A stretch of DNA of 64,000 nucleotides from the human T2T-CHM13v2.0 reference genome, Homo sapiens, in the NCBI RefSeq assembly GCF_009914755.1, contig NC_060928.1; one strand, given 5' to 3'. Below are positions 15,231 through 29,100 of the stretch, piece after piece. Numbering within the stretch: position 1 is the stretch's first letter; each line of letters starts with the position of its first letter. The position numbers were made by a program, and so were the translations under genes. The notes under the pieces were generated by a model. The model did not search any database. It saw only the letters and a list, made by a program, of their open reading frames with translations, and was not told where the DNA came from.

Positions 15231-16239
15231 AATATTTCACAAGTGCCAATAAAGAAAAAAAAACTTGCAGAAAAAAATGAATGAAAGAGATTTGTCTTTG
15301 GTTTGCAGAAAGCTTGATGCCTGAAGTTTGTGTTGTAAAGAACTTATTGACAGGGATAATTTAAGAGAAAAAAGGATGTGGAGAGATGTGTTTTTTCTAT
15401 AAGTTACAAAACATCCCCTTATAGGGCTGCTTCTGGGACCTATAAACTAGTTACTGATGTGCAACAAACTGGCTCTACTGTTAACAAGGCAGTATCCATT
15501 AAACTGACTTAAAGTTGATATCTGGACTTTATTTGATAGGCATCCTTACCATTTAAATGCTCAATCCCACTCTTGCAAGTCTAACATCCAATAGAAATTC
15601 ATGGGGGAAGTTCACACCTTGGTATCTGCCTACTTCGCTATCTATTTATGTAGCAAAAGCTGTCAACATGACAAGAGAGATTTTTTTTCTTTGTTCAGGA
15701 AGTACACTAACAATATTAACAAAAAACCAGAGCAAATAGAATCCATGTTTTCCACCCATCTCAAGGTATGCAAAGATAAAGACCCTTTTGCATTGTTCCA
15801 AGTACCACATGTGTGTTCCCTGGTTTATAACTTTCTGCTTCATAGTTCCTTGTACCTTTCTGTTCTCCTTCTCTTCCACCAACCCCTGTGATTTCACACA
15901 TTGAAGTTGCAGCAATAAGAAAGAAGGTTTAGGCAGCCAAAATGTAATCCTTTCCAATATAGTTATAAACAAAGAGATAGATACATACATAAATAGATGT
16001 ACACATAGGCATAATTTTAACCTTTTTGATACTCCCATACATCATGGCCCTTTACTCCTAAGTACTTAATATGTATAGTACACTTTTGAATGAATGAATA
16101 AATGAATAGAGGTTTCTATTATCCTTTTGAAGCTACATATAAAGCATTAAGCATTAGTGTGACTGGATGTCCCAATCAAGACAAAGGCCATAATATCAAC
16201 AAACTGAAACATAATCAAATAATTAGGCAAGTACAGTGT

Positions 16240-18535
16240 CATGTGTCATTTTTGGTGACAACCACCACCAAACTCAGTGGAATATAACAACAAACATTTA
16301 TTCTCACATTCACAGGTCTATGGATGAGCTGGGTGGCTCCGCACTGTGTATACTCATTTTGGCCCCAGGTTCAAGAGGTATAAGCCACTCAGGGCCATGT
16401 TCTTCACATTGGGAAGTTCTGAAAGTCCCAGAGGAAGAAGCAGAAACATTTGGTGCCTCCAAAGACTTAGGTCTGTAACTGGCGCTCTGTCACCTGTGCC
16501 CATATTTCTTTGGCCAAGTCAGTTTATAATGCCAGTCTCAATAGCAATAGGGCAGGGAAATACATTTTTCTAAAGAAATTGGAGTGAAGAAAATGAATAT
16601 TTGCTCAATAATAATCTACCACACTTTACTCTCTTGTTAAAAAATGTTCATGAAAAAATACCATTTCCAAATGAAGACACCCCAAATGTCTCATCCAATT
16701 ATGGCATGAGACTAAGTCCAGAAAGCCTGCTGTGAGATATATATATAATCCTCAAATAGATGGATAGATAGATATCCAAACTTAGCCTCTCTTGATTCAG
16801 AGACGTAAAAACAAACAGACAAGTTACATACTCCACACTCCTAACATATGATAGTGGAATAACAAAAGAATAACTATAATAACATTTGCATTCAAAAAGC
16901 AGAAGACTAAATGGCACATAGCAGTCACTGCTCCCAAACAATTCGGAAACACTGCTAGACACATGTAAGTTTCCCCTACTCTAGGGTGGGTGATTTTCCT
17001 CCATTAGACTTCAGTTATTCTGCCAAGAATAGCTCCCTGGTTCACTGTTCTCCATAGGTTTTGCTCTGCTCTCTGGGAGGTTCTTCCTTTTTCATTATCT
17101 GGAATGTTGGCTTCTGAAAAGGGCATGGAAGAACATATGCTTTTTGGTAGGAACAAGAGTTCCTTTTGCATCTCAAATACAGCTGTTTCTTTTTCTTTTC
17201 TTTTTTTTTTTTTTTTTTTTTTTTTTTTGAGACAAGGTCTCTCTCTGTCACTCAGGTCGGAGTGCAGTGGTGCGATCATGGCTCACCACAGCCTTGATCT
17301 CCCAGGCTCAAGTGATCCTGTCACCTCAGCTTCCCAAGTAGCTGGGGCCATGCCTGGCTATTTTTTTTTTTAATTTTTTGTAGAGATGGGGTCTTACTAT
17401 GTTGCCCAGACTGGTCTTGAACTCTTGGGCTCAAGCAGTTGTTCTGCCTCAGCTCCCAAAGTGCTGGGGTTACAAACGTGAGCCACTGCGCCCAACTGCT
17501 CTGTTTCTTTTAGTCTAGTCTGGCAATGTTTTTGCCAACACAGTTCTTTCAAACATTTGTGTCTCAGACACAGCTCTTTAGGTATTTGATTCTAGTAAAT
17601 TCTATGTGCCAAAATCTACACTCATAGTTTAACATGAGGCTATGCCATAATGGCTACACTTTTGATTGCTGAGAAATAGTTTTGTTTATAGCACTGAAAT
17701 TTCTGAATTATTTATATTTCCTCTAAATTCTGCTTGCAAACAATCTGTTTTTCTCCTTGAGCTTATTTTTTTCTTAAGTACCTTTGCAAATGCCGTGAGT
17801 TGAAACCAGCTCATACTTTCAATATTGACTCAATAGCACCTAGACCAAAGTTACAAAATTATTCATTATATACATATTCTGTCCTCCAATTTAGAATAGG
17901 CTCGATTTTATGAAACATTTTGTCACTTGCTAAAACAGCTCACCATTTTTCCATGTCCTATTAAATTCCCCTTCAGCTCACCACTTGTTCCCAAAGCCAA
18001 TGTTCTATATTTCATCTTAGTAATTTGAGCAATCTAATAGTTTAGCGTGTTTCTGTACCAGGCTGTCTGTTGTATTATTCAACATTATAAAACAAATTAT
18101 GACAAACATATTGGCTTAGAACAATATACATTTATTATCTATTTCTATGAGTCAGTGATATGGATCTGGCTTAACTGCATTCTCTGCTATAAGGCCTCTC
18201 ATGAAGTTGCAATTAAGGACTGGAATCTCATCTGGAAGTTCAACTAGGAAAAGGGTCTCTGGAACAGTTACATGGTTGTTGACAATATTTATCTCCTTGC
18301 AGCTGTAGGATTCATAATAGCTTGCTTCTTCAAAGTCAACAAAGGAAGAGACTCCAGCAAGACAGGCACTACAATCTTATCTAATCATGTAAATTTAATC
18401 ACGTACATTCCATCACTTTGGCCCTATTGGTTAGAAGCAAGTCACAAGCGCTACCCACACTTGACGGCAGTGGATCATAGAAGGATGTGAACACCAGGAG
18501 GTGAGGATCATTGTGGGCACCATATCTGCAATCCA
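16240..18535 (-). mobile_element. MaLR (MLT1) remnants: LTR-like pieces (~16240-16620, ~18070-18535) and MLT1 internal-like sequence between them
   Basis: MLT1 terminal motifs (AACAA..CATTTATT.TC.CA..TTC; GCAAGTCACA.G..CCCA.ACT) and MaLR-int-like text at ~16690-18050. Confidence 0.6.
17194..17496 (-). mobile_element. AluJ
   Basis: Antisense Alu with J diagnostics (GATCATGGCTCAC, GGCTCAAGTGATCC, TATGTTGCCCAG); flanking CTGTTTCTTTT at 17183-17193 and 17501-17511. Confidence 0.9.
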
Positions 18536-19389
18536 CTTGGCATCACCAATCCTCACTTCTAAAGGTGGAAATTATATTCCCAGAATCTCCTAACCTGAAT
18601 TTATGACTCTGGGTTGGAGTTTGCCAATGGGAGGAACTTTTACATAATGTGGAAGGTGGAGGTCAAATGAAAGCTATTATCTTAGAATGTTGTGGAACCC
18701 AGATGTAAAGAGTTCACAGACTTCTTCAGAAGCTCTTATGTTATGTAGTCAGGACAGCATCTCAGAGTTTTTCTTGAGTTCTGTCTGCTACACATACTTC
18801 AGTGCTTCTGGCTGAAATCATTAGTGACTTTTTAAAAAAATTATCTGGCTATGTTCTTCCAGGCCTTTATTACTCCAGTTCCTCCCTAATTAATATAAAC
18901 CATAATGCCTGTAATAAGTATATATTTCCTTAATGGTTGTAAAGGTTCTATTTTCCTGACCAAACATAGACTGATACACATGTACTGTAGATATATAATT
19001 CCCAAACCTATCTACATAACTAAATATTGTTGGGAGAACTTTGAGAGGTCTATGCATGCCAAATAAGAATCCTTGGATAATAGGCCCTAAATTCTGGATT
19101 GTCAGGAAACTTTCCCAGTAGATTTTGCTATAAAACCAATTGAGGGAGTCAATGAAGCAGCAATAACCTATAAATCAGGAGACCTGGACTAAAGTCCCAT
19201 TTCTTACACCAGTTAATCTGACATTTAATAAGTCACCTAATATCTCCATGTCTCTGTATGTGATATACAACACACCTTGGTATGTGAAAAAAATATTAGA
19301 TTGTTTCTAAGTTTACTATGATCTGAAGTGTGATTCTGAGATTCTATTTCAAACAAAACATCCTTGTCTAGATTCTAATCCAAGCTCCA

Positions 19390-19582
19390 TAATTTTCTAG
19401 ATCCGTAACTTCCAGAAAGTTATTTCAGCCTCTGGGACTTAGTTTCCTCATCTGTGAAATGGGGATAATAATAATGCCTACCTCTGTGAGTGGTGATGAC
19501 TCATAAATTTATCAAATTATATAATGCCTGTAAAGCATTCAAAACAGTGCCTGGGATATAGTAAGCACTATATAAATGTTTT
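19390..19582 (+). mobile_element. MIR
   Basis: MIR core AGTTTCCTCATCTGTGAAATGGGGATAATAATA..CCTACCTC; 3' AACAGTGCCTGG.ATATAGTAAGCACT. Confidence 0.85.
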
Positions 19583-20413
19583 TTACAATAAAATTTAATT
19601 TGGAGGATAACAAATATTTATCAATACTAATATTCTAAAGTAACAGTACAAAAATTCTAGAAAATGGGAACAAAAAATATATAAAAACAGCGTCCTTATG
19701 AAGTTCACAAGCTGATGCAGAGGATGGAGATATAAGCAAAGAATCTGAAGAATATATGATAAATGGTCAGTGCACAGGGTTCTGTAGGAGCCTTGGAAAA
19801 GACTAAATCTGCCCGGAGGGAACAGGGAAGGACTCTCCCCGAGGAGATGACATTTGAGTGGTTAGAAGGGCATTGCCTGGGGGGAGAAAGTGGTACTCCA
19901 GGACAAGAATTATATATTCACACAGAGAGAAAGAACAGACTGTCAAAAGTCTTCTTTTTTTTTTGCTGAGAGAATTGTACACCCTCAGCAAAGACCCATT
20001 AAAAATGAAATACAAGGCTGTTGAAAGTTAGAAATGTAATCAACAGCAGTTACCAGAAAACTTCAATTTAGTGGCTTAATTTTTCTCATACCAAAATAAG
20101 TATGGGATAGACAGCCCAGTTCTGGTAAGATGGCCCAGTGGCATCTACCATCAAGAACCCAGGCAAGGCCTCTGTGTAGGGCCACACATACTGTTGCAGT
20201 GCGCAATGCTAAGGGCTGCCTGTGGCATCAATAGCAAAATAAATCCCATCTTTCATCCCTAGTCTTAGGCTCTTTCTATCGTTTGATCACCATTGTTAAC
20301 ACGTAGGAAATAATTTTCTTGTTGCAAAATGGTTGCTCCCTCTGCAGGCCTCATCTCTACTCTCAGACAGCAAGAGAGAAGAAAGACAAATGGGAGAAAA
20401 AATGACACCTCCT

Positions 20414-20680
<267 letters not shown>

Positions 20681-23600
20681 AAAAAATGACACCTCCTAAT
20701 GAAGCTTTAACTTTTATTCAGAAGGGATGCCCTCTACTGAGACTTTTAAACATCTCATTGCTCAGAACTCTGGCCCAATTTAGCTGCAAGTGGGGTAGGG
20801 AAGATTTAGCACACAGTCTTTATAGAAGATAAAAGCAAGAGAGAGAATGGATTGGATTGGAGGCTGGTATATATTGCCATGTCACGCTTTTCTTATTGCG
20901 AATCGTGCAACATCTTGAGCTTTGTGATTTTCATTCAACACACTGTGGTGAGCAGCAGTGATTTGCACCCTACTTCTTGCATTTCTTTCCACACTTTCTA
21001 TGCACCAGTCAAGCTTGACTTATTTCAGTTTCTTGGACACGTCTTGCTCTCATTTGCCTCAAGATCTTTGCCTTATTCTTCCTTCTGCCTGAATTTCTAT
21101 TTTCTCCCCTCTCTCCTCTGCCAAGCTAATTCCTGCCCATTTATCAAATTTCAACTTAAATCACTTCTTCAGGAGATTCTCACAAATGCCCAGGCTAGGT
21201 TAGTTCATCATGTTGTACCCAATAGAAGTTTATATTCAGCACACTTTAATTTCTATTCCATATCTGCCTTCTGCTGTACATTGTAAACTGCATCTAGGAA
21301 GGATTTTGTATTTGGTTACCTACCAGAGTGGCTGGCTAATGATACAATATTGTTGATGTGTTTGTTTAATCAAAGGAATGGGAGAATTGTAAGAATTTCT
21401 ATGTGTTTTAGCTTTCTCTACAAGCAATGACTTACTGCTCCCATGCAACACTCCAAATACTTCAAAAATAATTTAATTTCTTGATTTTATACAAACATAG
21501 ATGCTTAAAACAACACAGTAATAAATAGTAGGAAATACCAATTCAAGCATGTGCATATGAAACCACTCTAGGCCTACACATATGCTAACTTTGTGTAAGG
21601 GACATGAAACTCATCACCTCTTTTATGCTTAAATCTTTTCCCTGAAGCCACCATAGTTATTTAGGAAGAATCTTAATAATATCTCTTATCCTTATAAAAA
21701 TATGATAATAAAAATTGACTTTCAGGATTTCTTGCTTCTTTTTCAAAATTCAATATTTTAGCCTAATACATTTTTTACGTACCTTATGCTAGCCCCTAAA
21801 ACAATTTATAAGTTTGTTTTTCATTCATCAAATATACATTGTCTCTCTGCTTTATTTTAAACATTTCTTTTCTATATGCCAGATAATATTTTTCATTTTA
21901 ATAAAAAGCATCTCAAGGTGAAAATGCACATATTAACCCTAGAATTGCCATATGTCAGTTATCTAAAAATGAATTCCTCATTTCATGAGGAAGAAATTAA
22001 ACCACTGTGTCCTCCAAAAACAAACATCAATATGTTGTACATTTTATTATACAAAATTTCTGTGGCATCTCATTAATAGTATATTCAATATGTAATACCA
22101 AAATGAGGATAACATTTAAAACCTCTCTTCTCAGTCTAAAACAAAGAAAATCAGTGGCTTATGCTGTCAATTAGTATCTATTATTGGCACTTAAATTCTG
22201 TTTTTTACTAACTTGCTGGCTTTTGCTTTATGATGGCTTCCTCTGTCCTTAATATAAAAATGATGGTTAGTCTATTCCATGGATTTTTTTTTTCCCTGTG
22301 GAGAAATCTGCTCTGTGACTTCATTCTACTTTTCTAAGTTTACAAAATATACTTTATATCTTCATTGCCACAGATGTTGGCTTTGTCGTAATGCAATTAA
22401 ACATGAAACAATTAAATGATGCATAAAGAACATCAGTGTCAGATCAGGCTTTCAAACTCATTTGCAGACAGCACAATCATTTCCCCAAGAGAGTATATTT
22501 TTGAAAAAGCAAAATAGTCAATGTACTTTCCACTTATTTTCTGCCTCTTTATAGAAACAAACAAGATAGTACTTTATTTGCTTCAGTAGTCGTGTTTTCA
22601 GAAACTAAAGGAAAAGGATCTCATCAGTGCCAAGTTATGGGCAAACTCATTTTCTAAATTTAGAAGAATCTTGAAGTTGATGATACATCAAGCTGTGAAA
22701 ACTGGTCAAGTGGTAAAGAAAAGCATACAATTAGGCTTGTTTCTGGTTGGCCTGGACACTAGGGAATGGAGAGACATAATCTCTGGTCTTGAACATCTAA
22801 GACTGTACTACACAAGTAAACAATATTTTTGTATTCTATTCAAGGTTTTATCAAGCAAACAAAAAAAGTTTTTTTAAAAAAGAGTAATTAAGATTAAGTA
22901 ATAGCATGACATGTAGGAGTTTAAAACATGCAACTTCTAGTTAGTTGAAAATTTCTCCTTTGGGATACACATTTAGTTTCAGTTAAAATGAGAGCCTAAA
23001 GAATCCAACTTGATTTGCATATTAAACTCCTCTACAATGAAATTTTGGTTTCCCAAGTACTTCTTCAGCCCCAGTACTTCTTTTGCTAATTAGAATATCC
23101 TCCCAAAGGCCAATGTACCATATGACTCTATACATACTGTTGTTAAAGTACCTTTTATTGATCCTTTAAACAATGAATCTTATTTTTTGATTAGTGGTTT
23201 GATAGATTATTTTTACAGTACAGTTTAACTTTACATGATTTTCTGTCAAACTTCCAAATCCTATAATAACAATTAGATGAATTTTAAACTGAATACATAT
23301 AAGTGTGTATAACATCTAAAATTACAAATTCAGGGGTTCCTTTGCTTAAAAAGTCTACCTTTATGTGTATGTCAACATTTTATCTTAGGTTTCATTTCCA
23401 ATTTAAAAAATTGTAATCAAGTCATAAATGTTCTCAGTCTCCTCAAGGGTATCTCTCCCTCCTTTTTTGTCCCAGAGTTGTATCTAAATTGCTTAAGATA
23501 TGCACAGTGTCAGAGTATCAGTTTACTCCCTGACTACTGTTCGTATCTGTGGACATTTGCTGAGATGTTTACTTTACCCTCTGGTCTCCTTTTGTTGATC

Positions 23601-24767
23601 AATCCATATCATTCTGAGTCTTCCTTATGTTTATTGACTTTGATATCTCTTTAGGCTTTGGTTCATTACTTGAAAAACATGTCTGTGAAGTTTATTTGCT
23701 TATGGGAATGATCGAAAAGAGAGAGAAAAAATATCGATTCAGAAAAGGGGAAAAATTTATGGAGCAATGTCTTTAATTTGCAAAAATGGATAGGAAATAT
23801 TATGTAAGTGAAGGGGTTAGCCTTATGTGTGAAATAGAAAAATTAACCCTTAGTAACAGGAGAGAAGGTAGAGCAGATATGGATATATGCAGATAAAGGG
23901 ACAGATGTGTTTGTGGGAACTTGAAGAAGTTCGTTTCCAATTCTATTTACTCAATAAATTAGTAAGAAAGTTTATTAGCTGGCAATGAAAGTAGTGGAGC
24001 AATTGGGAAGTAATAGAGGAGTTAGGTTGTAAAGCAGATTTTGGAAATTAGAAAAAAGAGAAGAAGAAATGAATAGCCATCCAAGATAATGAGAAAGTAA
24101 AAGGACTATAGACTTCTGAGAATATTCTCATGTGTTTTTCAGGTACATGCAACTTCATGAGGATAGGCATTGAGAGTTGGGTTTTACCAAGATTAGTTTA
24201 GCCAAGCATGTGCTAGGAAGCAAGAGAAAGACAAGGAATTTGAAGATGTGTATAACTATAAATATTGTTTATATCATATTATGTGCATTACATTATATAG
24301 CTCTTACTACAAATTATTTCAGTTATTAGTTTTTGTCTCTCCTTCCCTGCTACAGCTCTTTGAAAATAGAAACTGAGTTTTATTCATCTTTGTATTCCTA
24401 CCATCCAGTACAGATTCTGTCAATATGATATTTGCTGATTGAGCGAATGGATGAAATAATCTTTTTTCTTTCATAATATCGCCCTTGGTTATAAATAACC
24501 ATTTTCTCATTATTACATGTAAACCTTTATTATCCAACTCTCAAAATCACCTTGTAGTAACAAAAGAAGGACGCTGTGTCCCCAGCCATTATAACCATAT
24601 TTCAGGAAACAGGAGAATCCAGGGGAAAAGAACATTTTAAAAGTCCCAAACAACAACTTTTGCTTTTGTATCATTGTTGAGAACTGGATCACTTGGCTGC
24701 TTTCAACTTCAAGGGATGCTGGGGAATACGGTATTTTGGTTGAACACTGGAAGTTTAACTCAAAAAC

Positions 24768-25319
24768 TGTGAAGGGTCTGAAATTTTACCCTATATGCAA
24801 GCAAACAAGTTATCCTGCCATAGTTTGATATGTAAATTCTGACAGGCGCCTCAGGATTTCTGGTTCATGGACCTAGGCAGTTAATTACTCATGGTTTGTG
24901 TCAGTTTCCCTCACTCCAGTTCCTCTTAAGACAGGAGGTTCTGAGAATCAGTAACTGCCTGCATATATAGTGTGTTTGCATCCCAGAAGAGGAACACCAA
25001 AATGATCAAACTCAGTGTATACAGGGAATTCTGGCACAACTACCGATCTTCTCTGGAAGGAAAAATACTTTTACTGTAGAATGTAAACAAATATACTTTG
25101 GGGAGAGGAGAGATGGATTAAGCCTCTAGGTTTCTTACCCCGGAAAGTAAGTGATTGTCTCTGGGGAGACACATCTCTAAATCTCTTCTAAAGAATAAAC
25201 TATTGTTAGCTTTTAAAGCATGTTAGTTGTTCAGTCATTCCCTAACCTTATCAGTGATTGCTCAGAAGGCCTAGACCATGCATCAGTGTAAAAATATTCA
25301 TGGAGAATTATCTCCCGAG
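24768..25319 (-). mobile_element. Solo ERV LTR (possibly LTR47-like; family uncertain)
   Basis: Begins TGTGAAGGGTCTGA.ATTTTACCCTA..TGCAAGC.AACAAGTTA.CCTGCCA, ends ATGGAGAATT.TCTCCC; recalled similarity only. Confidence 0.55.
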
Positions 25320-26160
25320 AGTTACATAATGAGAATTATGTTCACACAAATGATAATTCTATTATTAGGATGAAAAATGAAAAGGATATTTTGATAAAGA
25401 AACAATAGTTTCTGTCATAAGAAAAATTTGAGCTAAAATTTTAATTTTTGTATTATATCTTATTTTCATTATTTTTAAATTTTACCATTTATAATGTATT
25501 ATTTCTTTTCATCATGAAGTACTTTAAGTAAGTTGCTCAAATTTTCTAGACCTCAGCATCATCATTGATATAAAGTGCAAATATAATTGCATAACCACAT
25601 TGTTAATCCAATGTTAATAATTTCTATTTCTAATATATTATAAGTTAAACATATCTACTTTAGAAATCTATTAAATGCATTTCTAGAAAAGTAGGTGTTA
25701 AATGCCAATCAAAAATATATATTTAATTACCTAAAAATGTGTACATATTATTGTATGTTTAGGGTTTTTTAATATGTATCCTGACTGCAATTTGAAGCAC
25801 ATATTGGTTCTACGAATTGAGACTTTTTTATTAAAAAAATTGGTCATCAGTATATAAAATATTGCTTATGTCACTTTTTCTCTTTCCATTCTTCCATAAA
25901 CTTCAATCGAATATGTAGATATATGACACTTTCAACAAGTCCCATTTATTTCCTATAGATGTTTTATTCTTTTTTTACTTCATGCTTAAGTCTGTTATTG
26001 TCTTCTGTCATTTTCTAGATCGCTACTCTTCCCTTTAGCTTTTTTGATGAAAACATTCTGAGGTAGTAACTTATGACATTTTTAAGTTCTAGAATTGCCA
26101 TTGAATGTTTTCATGAGTTTTTACATGTAACTTTGTATATGCAGAACTGTGAGTGGATTC

Positions 26161-29100
26161 TTTTTTCTTTTTCCTTCCAACGTTTATTTTAGATTCAGAG
26201 TGTACATGTGCAAGTTTGTTACATGGGTAAATTGCATGTCACTGGGGTTTGGTGTACAAATTATTTCATCATGCAGGTAGTAAATATAGTACCCAATAGG
26301 TAGTTTTTTGATTCTCACTCTCCTCGCAACCTCCACCCGCAAGTAGGGCCCGGAGTCTATTGTTCCCTTCTTTGTGGCTTTGTGTGCTCTATGTTTATTT
26401 AGCTCCCACTTGTAAGTGAGAACATGTCGTATTTGGCTTTCTGTTCCCTCATTAATCAACTTAAGATAATGGCCTCCAGCTGGCCTTCCTATCCATGTTA
26501 CTGAAAAGAACATGATTTCCTTCTATTTTACGGCTGCATAATATTCCATGGTATATATGTACCACATTTTCTTTATTCAATTCACTGTTGATGGGCATCT
26601 AGCTTGATACCATGTCTTTACTATTGTGAATACTGTTGCACTGAACATACATATGCATGTGTCTTTATTATAAAATGATTTATATTTCTTTGGGTATATA
26701 ACCAGTATTGGGATTGCTGGATCGAATGGTACTTCTGTTTTAAGTTATCTGAAAAATCTTCAAACTGCTTCCCATAGAGGCTGAACTAATTTACATTCCC
26801 ACCAGCAGTGTATAAGTGATCTCTTTCTCCACAACCTTGCTAGCATCTGTTATTATTTGACTTAATAATAGCCATTTTAACTGTTTTGAGATGGTATCTC
26901 ATTGTGGTTTTGACTTGCTTTTCTCTAATAATTAGTGATGTTGAGCATTTTTTCATATACTTGTTGGCCGCTTATAAGTTTTCTTTTGAGAAGTGTCTGT
27001 TCATGTCTTTTGCCCACTTTTTAATGAGGTTATTTGTTTCTTGCCTGTTAAATGGTTTAAGGTCCTTACAGATTCTGGATATCAGACCTTTTTTAGATCC
27101 ACAGTTTGTGAATATTTTCTCCCATTCTCTAGGTTGTCTGTTTACTCTGTTGATAGTTTCTTTTGCTGTACAGAATCTCTTTAGTTTAATTCAGTATCAA
27201 TTGTCAATTTTTTGTTTTGTTCCAATTGCTTTTTGTGTCTTCATCATGAAATCTTTGCCAGGGGGTCCAGAATATTTTCTAGGTGTTCTTCTAGGGTTTT
27301 TAGAGTTTTCGGTTTTATATTTAAGTCTTTAATCAGTCTTCAGTTGACTTTTTGCATATGTTGAAATATAGGCATCCAGTTTCAATCTTCTGCATATGGC
27401 TAGCCAGTTATCAAAGTGCCATTTATTGAATAGGGAGTCCTTTCCCCATTGATTGTTATTGTCAACTTTATCAAAAATGAGATTATTGTATGTGTGCAGT
27501 TTTATTTCTGGGTTCTCTAACGTGTTCCATTGAACTGTGTGTTTGTTTCTGTACCCATATCATGCTGTTTTGATTACTGAAGCCTTGCAGTATAGTTTGA
27601 AGTGAGGTTATGTGAGGCCTCCAGATTTGTTATTTTTGCTTAGGATTGCTTTCGTTATTTGGACTTTTTTGGTTCCATATGAATTTTAGAGTAGTTTTTT
27701 CTTATCTTGTGAAAAAATGTTATTAGTAGTTTGATAGGAATAACATTTAATCTGTAAATTGCTTTGGGAGTATGGCCATTTTAACAATATTGATTCTTCC
27801 TATTCCATTTGTTTGTGTCATTTCTGATTTCTTTCAGCAGCACTTTGTCCTTCTCATTGTAGATATTGTTCACCTTCCTAGTTAGCTGTACTCCTAGGTA
27901 TTTTATTCATTTTGTGGCTATTATAAATGGGATTGTGTGCTTGCTTTGGTTCTCAGCTTAGTTAGACATTATTGGTGTATAGAATGCTACTAATTTTTGC
28001 ACATAGATTTTGTATCCTGAAACTGCCAAAGTTGTTTATCAGATATAGGAGCCTTTGGGTAGAGACTATGGATTTTCTAGGTATAGAAACATATCTGTGA
28101 TGAGAGATTATTTGACATCCTCTCTTTCTATTTGGATGCTTTTTATTTCTTTCTCTTGCCCGATTGCTTTGGCTAAGACTTATAGAATTATATTGAATAA
28201 GAGTGATAAGAGTGGGCATTCTTAGCTTGTTCTGTTTCTTAAGGGGAATGCTTCCAACTTTTTCCCATTCATTATGATATTGGCTGTGGGTTTGTCATAG
28301 ATGGCACTTGTTATTTTGATGTATTTTTCTTTATTGAGCGTTTTTAACAAGAAGAGATGTTGAATTTTATTGAAAGCCTTCTCTGCATCTATTGAGATGA
28401 CCATATGGTTTTTGTTTTTAGTTCTGTTTATGTGATGAATCACATTTATTGATTTGTGTATATTGAACCAACCTTGCATCCCAGGAATAAAGCCTACTCG
28501 ATCATGGTGGATTAGCTTTTGGATGTGCTGCTAGGTTTGCTTTGCTAGTATTCTGTGGAGGGTTTGTGCATGTATGTTGATAAGTGATAGTGGCCTCAAG
28601 TTTTCTTTTTTCATTGTGTCTCTGCCAGGTTTTAATAGCTGAATGACTGTGGCCTCCTCGATTTTATGGAATAGTTTCAATAGGATTAGTACTGGTCCTT
28701 TTTTATGTGTCTGGTAGAATTTGGCTGTGAACCTGTCTGGTCCAGGGCTTTTTCTGTTTGGTAGGTTTTTATTACTTATTCAACTTCAAAACTTGTTATT
28801 GGTCTGTTCAGGGTTTCAATTTCTTCCTGGTCCAATCTTGAGAGGTTGTGTTTCCAGGAATTTATCTATTTCTTCTAGGTTTTCTAGTTTGTGTGCATAG
28901 AGGTGTTCATAATTTTTTCTGAGGGATTTTTGTATTTCTGTGGGGTCAGTGTTAATGTCATCTTTGTCATTTCTGATTATGTTTATTTGGATCTTCTGTA
29001 TTTTTCTCATTATTAGTCTAGCTGGTAATTTATCCATCTTATTTATTCTTTCAAAATACCAGCTTTTGGTTTCATTGATCTTTTACATGGTTTTTTGCAT

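Noticed and set aside
26886-27332. 148-aa hydrophobic ORF resembling a membrane protein
   Set aside because: Well-known antisense reading of L1 ORF2 3' end
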